In this document: positions 60,097 to 64,000 of the stretch, piece by piece
Position numbering within the stretch: position 1 is the stretch's first letter
Layout of the letters: every line of letters starts with the position of its first letter
Assembly: GCA_037139195.1 (NCBI GenBank)
Contig: JBAXGW010000006.1
Coordinates: 9,232 to 73,231 of the forward strand
Source of the DNA: Bacteroidota bacterium
Lineage (GTDB): Bacteria; Bacteroidota; Bacteroidia; Bacteroidales; JAHJDW01
Direction: 5' to 3'
Length of the DNA: 64,000 nucleotides
The notes under the pieces: generated by a model
Seen by the model: the letters and a program-made list of their open reading frames with translations, nothing else
Told to the model about the DNA's origin: nothing
Databases searched by the model: none
Program-made: the position numbers and the translations under genes

Positions 60097-60950
60097 TGGA
60101 AAATACACGAAGAAAACCCGAATGGCTAAGAATTAAACTCCCCAATGCAAATGATTATGCAAATATAAAGCAATATCTAAAAAAAAATGATTTGCATACC
60201 ATTTGTGAAAGCGGCAATTGTCCTAATCAAGGAGAATGCTGGGGAAATGGAACAGCAACTTTTATGATTTTAGGTGATATTTGCACTCGAAGCTGTAGGT
60301 TTTGTGCTGTTAAAACAGGAAAACCTTTGCCCCCCGACTATAACGAACCCATTAAAATTGCGGAAGCAATTAAAAAGTTAAATTTAAAGCATTGTGTTTT
60401 AACTTCTGTAGATAGAGATGATTTGCCTGATGGAGGTGCATCAATATGGGCTTCAACTGTAAATTCAATTAAAGCTGCTTGTCCAAGTACAACTATTGAA
60501 ACCTTAATACCTGATTTTAAATTTAATAGAGAAAGCTTGGATAAAATTATTGAAGCACATCCAGAAGTTGTTTCTCACAATCTTGAAACAGTTAAAAGAC
60601 TTACACCTGAGATTAGAAATCAAGCTATTTACAACAGAAGTTTAAATGTTTTAGAATATTTAGCAAAAGCTGGAATAACTACAAAATCTGGCATAATGCT
60701 GGGAATTGGTGAAACAGAAAAAGAAATTTTTGAAACAATGGACGATTTGCTTAAAGTAGGATGCAAAATAATGACAATTGGACAATATCTTCAACCAACA
60801 AAAGATAATTTAGTAGTTGAAGAATATATTCATCCATCCGTTTTTTTTAAATATGAGCAAATTGGAAAAGAAAAAGGATTCGATTTTATAGAAAGTGGAG
60901 CACTTGTTCGTTCATCATATCATGCTGAAAAACATGTTTGTACACATTAG
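60096..60950 (+). CDS. lipA: Lipoyl synthase
   Basis: RKPEWL, C-x4-C-x5-C (CESGNCPNQGEC), CTRSCRFC, HNLETV, VRSSYHA. Confidence 0.97.
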   Translation: MENTRRKPEWLRIKLPNANDYANIKQYLKKNDLHTICESGNCPNQGECWGNGTATFMILGDICTRSCRFCAVKTGKPLPPDYNEPIKIAEAIKKLNLKHCVLTSVDRDDLPDGGASIWASTVNSIKAACPSTTIETLIPDFKFNRESLDKIIEAHPEVVSHNLETVKRLTPEIRNQAIYNRSLNVLEYLAKAGITTKSGIMLGIGETEKEIFETMDDLLKVGCKIMTIGQYLQPTKDNLVVEEYIHPSVFFKYEQIGKEKGFDFIESGALVRSSYHAEKHVCTH

Positions 60951-61103
60951 GTAATATTTATTAACAATTTGAACTTACATAAACATATTTTTTTCGAAAA
61001 TTTATTTGCTCTATATTAATAATTTGTTGTAAATTGCCGACCTTTTAGTGCTATTTAATTATAATGTATAATATAAATAATTTCAAATATAAAATCTAAC
61101 AAC

Positions 61104-64000
61104 ATGAAGAAGAGAAATTTACTATTAAGTGTTACTACACTACTAGTTTTTGGATGCGTAGTTTTATTCGCTTCATCTCATTTTAACCAATCAGGACGCT
61201 ATATTCCTAGAAAATCTTTTGAAAAACAAAATGCTCAGGGTATAACTGATGCGTTGAATTACCTTCAAAACCTTAGAGTGAATAAAGCTACCGGAGTAGT
61301 TGATCCTAATGATATTTTAAAAGCTCAGCAGCAACTTATTGCCATGCGTCAACAAAAAAGTGGTAATACATTGGGTTTAACTTTCATTGAAAGAGGGCCA
61401 GATAATGTTGGTGGAAGAACTAGAGCGATTTTAGTTAGAAAAAGCAATTCTAATATTGTATTTGCTGGAGCAGTAGGTGGTGGATTATGGAAATCTACAA
61501 CAGGTGGTTCTTCTTGGACTAAAGTATCCTATACAAGTGGCTCATCGGTTCACCTAAATAATGATAACTTAGCAGTGTCGTGTATAACTGAAAGTGCTAA
61601 TGGCGACATCTATTTTGGTACTGGCGAAGGTTTAGCTCAAAATGGTGGTAGTGGCGGAGATGCTAATGGTAGCAGTTCTATTATTGGTCAAGGAATGTGG
61701 AAATCTACAGATGGTGGTGCTACTTTTACACAATTACCTTCAACTGTTCCTACTGCTGCAAACTCAACATCAACTCCTTGGGTATTCATTAATAGAGTTG
61801 CAGCAGACCCATCAAATAATAATAGAATTTATGCAGCAACCAACAAGGGATTAAGAATGAGTGATGATGGTGGTTTAACTTGGGTAAATCCGATTAAACT
61901 TACTGCTACTGCTTACTTACAATTGCCTTCATCTGATGTGAAAGTTGGTTCTGATGGTTCTGTTGTTGCAGTTGTTGGAGCTGCTATTTACCTTTCAAAT
62001 AATGGGAATGCAGATTCTTATACAAAGGCAACGAATGGTCTTCCTGCTAGTGCAAAAAGAATTGAAGTTGCTATTGCACCTAGTGATCCAGGATACATTT
62101 ATGCTTCGATAGCTAAATCTGATGGCTCTTTAGATGGAGTATATCGCTCAATTAATAAAGGATTAAATTGGGTTGTTATTGGTCCTGGTGGAAGTAGTAG
62201 CTTTGAGCTTTTTGGCTCAAATAATCAAGGATGGTATGATAATGTAATTGCTGTTTATCCTAATAATAAAAACAAAATTATTGCGGGCGGTGTTGATATG
62301 TTTGGTTGGGAAGAAAATGAATCTTGGATAGCAAAAACATTATGGAATGCTAATTCTCCTGGTTCAAATGCTGTTGTTCCTTACTATATTCATGCAGATC
62401 AACATGCTTATGTTTTTGATCCAAATAATCCAAATATTATATATGTTGGTTCTGATGGAGGTTTAAATAAATCAATTGATGGCGGACAAACTTGGAGAAC
62501 AATTAATAAAAATTACAATGTTACTCAATTCTACACTACAGCTAGCGGAGCTTATAGTGAAGTAATTGGTGGAACTCAAGATAATGGAACTCTATTGATT
62601 GATGGAACAGGCAATACAATGCTTAATGCACGCCATGTATATGGTGGTGATGGTAGCTGGGCTTGTATGTCAATTATCAACCCAAAAGCCGTATTCGCAT
62701 CTACATATAATGCATCTTTTGGTCGCTCTGTTGATAAAGGAAATACGTTTGCTGCTTTTGACAAATGGACAACAGCTACTCCACCTGTGGCTAATCCTGC
62801 TGCAGGATTTATTGCTCCAATGGTATTATGGGAAAGTTTTAATAATCCATATTCTAAAGATTCTGTAACTTTTACAAATACAGATTCTACAAATGTTATT
62901 GCTGCTGGATCTACTATTACCGTTAGAAGTCGTAATGGAGGATACCCATTTCCTTACCAAACACCAGTTCAAATTGGTACAGTTACAAGCCCTAATAAAT
63001 CAATTAGAGTAAAGGATATTGTAGCCACAAAGTTCTTTGTTGGATATACCGGTGCAATTTATATGACAAAAGGAGCTCTCGATTTTACGACTACGGTCCC
63101 TGATTGGTATAAAATTGCTACTATCAGTGGAACTCCTCAATATATGGCATATACAAAAGACGGAGATAATTTGTTTGTTGGTACAGATGAAGGAAGTTTA
63201 TATAGGATTTCAAATCTTCTTCAAGCTGAAGACAGTGCTACAGCTGATGTTGGAAACACTTCAACATGCGTTCTGACAACTAAATTAATTGGAACATATA
63301 ATCAAGCAGTAACTTCAATATCTGTTGATCCGTTAGATGGCAATAAAGTTTTAGTTACATTAGGAAATTATGGTAGCACTTCGTATGTTTATTATTCAAC
63401 TAATGCACTAGCTGCAACTCCAATAATAACTTCTAAACAAGGGAACTTGCCTCAAATGCCAGTTTATTCCTCTTGTATAGTTTTAAATCATGGAAATCAA
63501 GTTATATTAGGCACTGAAATGGGAGTGTTTGCTACTGATAATATTACAGCTAATCCTGTTGTTTGGTCTGAAGAATCTGATGGTATAGGAAATGTACCTG
63601 TATTTATGATTTTCCAACAAACAATGAACAGAGATGCTATGGAAGTTGGTGGCACAATTTACCCTGCTGTTAATAACTACGGATCAATCTATTTTGGAAC
63701 TCATGGTCGTGGATTCTTCGAGTGCAGAAAATTTGTGGGCATTAAAGATATTGATTCAAAAGAATCGGTTAGCAAGCCACAACTTAAGATTTATCCAAAT
63801 CCAGTTAAGGATAATGCTACTATTGAGTATAATCTATATAGTAATTCAGATGTAATTGTTAAAGTTTATAGTTTAAATGGAACCGAAGTTGATGAATTTA
63901 ATTTAGGAAATAAAACTTCAGGTAACTATACTTTTAATATCAATACAAGTTCATACCGAACAGGTACGTATATTGTGTCTATCAATGCGAACAATTTATC
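61104..64000 (+). CDS. T9SS-secreted BNR/Asp-box beta-propeller protein; 3' end outside the window (absent from the ORF track)
   Basis: ATG 61104 gives MKKRNLLLSV...; GPDNVGGRTRAI, GGLWKSTTGGSSW, SDDGGLTW, HADQH, GTHGRG. CTD LKIYPNPV is in the same frame at 63783. Confidence 0.85.
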   Translation, partial: MKKRNLLLSVTTLLVFGCVVLFASSHFNQSGRYIPRKSFEKQNAQGITDALNYLQNLRVNKATGVVDPNDILKAQQQLIAMRQQKSGNTLGLTFIERGPDNVGGRTRAILVRKSNSNIVFAGAVGGGLWKSTTGGSSWTKVSYTSGSSVHLNNDNLAVSCITESANGDIYFGTGEGLAQNGGSGGDANGSSSIIGQGMWKSTDGGATFTQLPSTVPTAANSTSTPWVFINRVAADPSNNNRIYAATNKGLRMSDDGGLTWVNPIKLTATAYLQLPSSDVKVGSDGSVVAVVGAAIYLSNNGNADSYTKATNGLPASAKRIEVAIAPSDPGYIYASIAKSDGSLDGVYRSINKGLNWVVIGPGGSSSFELFGSNNQGWYDNVIAVYPNNKNKIIAGGVDMFGWEENESWIAKTLWNANSPGSNAVVPYYIHADQHAYVFDPNNPNIIYVGSDGGLNKSIDGGQTWRTINKNYNVTQFYTTASGAYSEVIGGTQDNGTLLIDGTGNTMLNARHVYGGDGSWACMSIINPKAVFASTYNASFGRSVDKGNTFAAFDKWTTATPPVANPAAGFIAPMVLWESFNNPYSKDSVTFTNTDSTNVIAAGSTITVRSRNGGYPFPYQTPVQIGTVTSPNKSIRVKDIVATKFFVGYTGAIYMTKGALDFTTTVPDWYKIATISGTPQYMAYTKDGDNLFVGTDEGSLYRISNLLQAEDSATADVGNTSTCVLTTKLIGTYNQAVTSISVDPLDGNKVLVTLGNYGSTSYVYYSTNALAATPIITSKQGNLPQMPVYSSCIVLNHGNQVILGTEMGVFATDNITANPVVWSEESDGIGNVPVFMIFQQTMNRDAMEVGGTIYPAVNNYGSIYFGTHGRGFFECRKFVGIKDIDSKESVSKPQLKIYPNPVKDNATIEYNLYSNSDVIVKVYSLNGTEVDEFNLGNKTSGNYTFNINTSSYRTGTYIVSINANNL

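Noticed and set aside
1888-63855. Short antisense or alternate-frame ORFs in the track (e.g. 1888-2163, 13186-13461, 37113-37406, 48760-49116, 61642-61854, 62599-62868, 63634-63855)
   Set aside because: They are nested in long, motif-bearing genes, including the unlisted 61104 to >64000 ORF, and show no independent coding features.

Overview
AT-rich Bacteroidota-type chromosomal window. The assignment rests on TAnnTTTG -7 promoter elements, T9SS C-terminal sorting domains and anaerobic redox genes. Layout: (i) two giant paralogous Thr/Ser/Gly/Asn-rich T9SS surface proteins (<2-18112); (ii) small housekeeping and envelope genes (tpx, UbiD-family decarboxylase, outer-membrane barrel); (iii) a ~10 kb accessory island (24694-34620) with a WYL regulator, MNT-HEPN and HipBA toxin-antitoxin pairs, several nucleases, DUF932 and a cyclic-phosphate receiver domain; (iv) core genes (BatA-domain protein, parC, fprA, cvfB); (v) a NuoE/NuoF/GltD-NuoG (StnABC-like) electron-bifurcating operon split by an algI/algJ-like cassette; (vi) ung, lipA and a last T9SS protein running off the end. 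The most striking signal is a 17-bp imperfect palindrome (ACGTCA-N5-TGGCGT type). It occurs four times in the island, always exactly 10 bp upstream of a -7-like element on the minus strand, including upstream of the WYL gene. This points to a candidate WYL regulon with PafBC-like promoter geometry. No rRNA, tRNA, CRISPR array, integrase or transposase was seen. All family calls come from motif recognition by eye; no database search was run.
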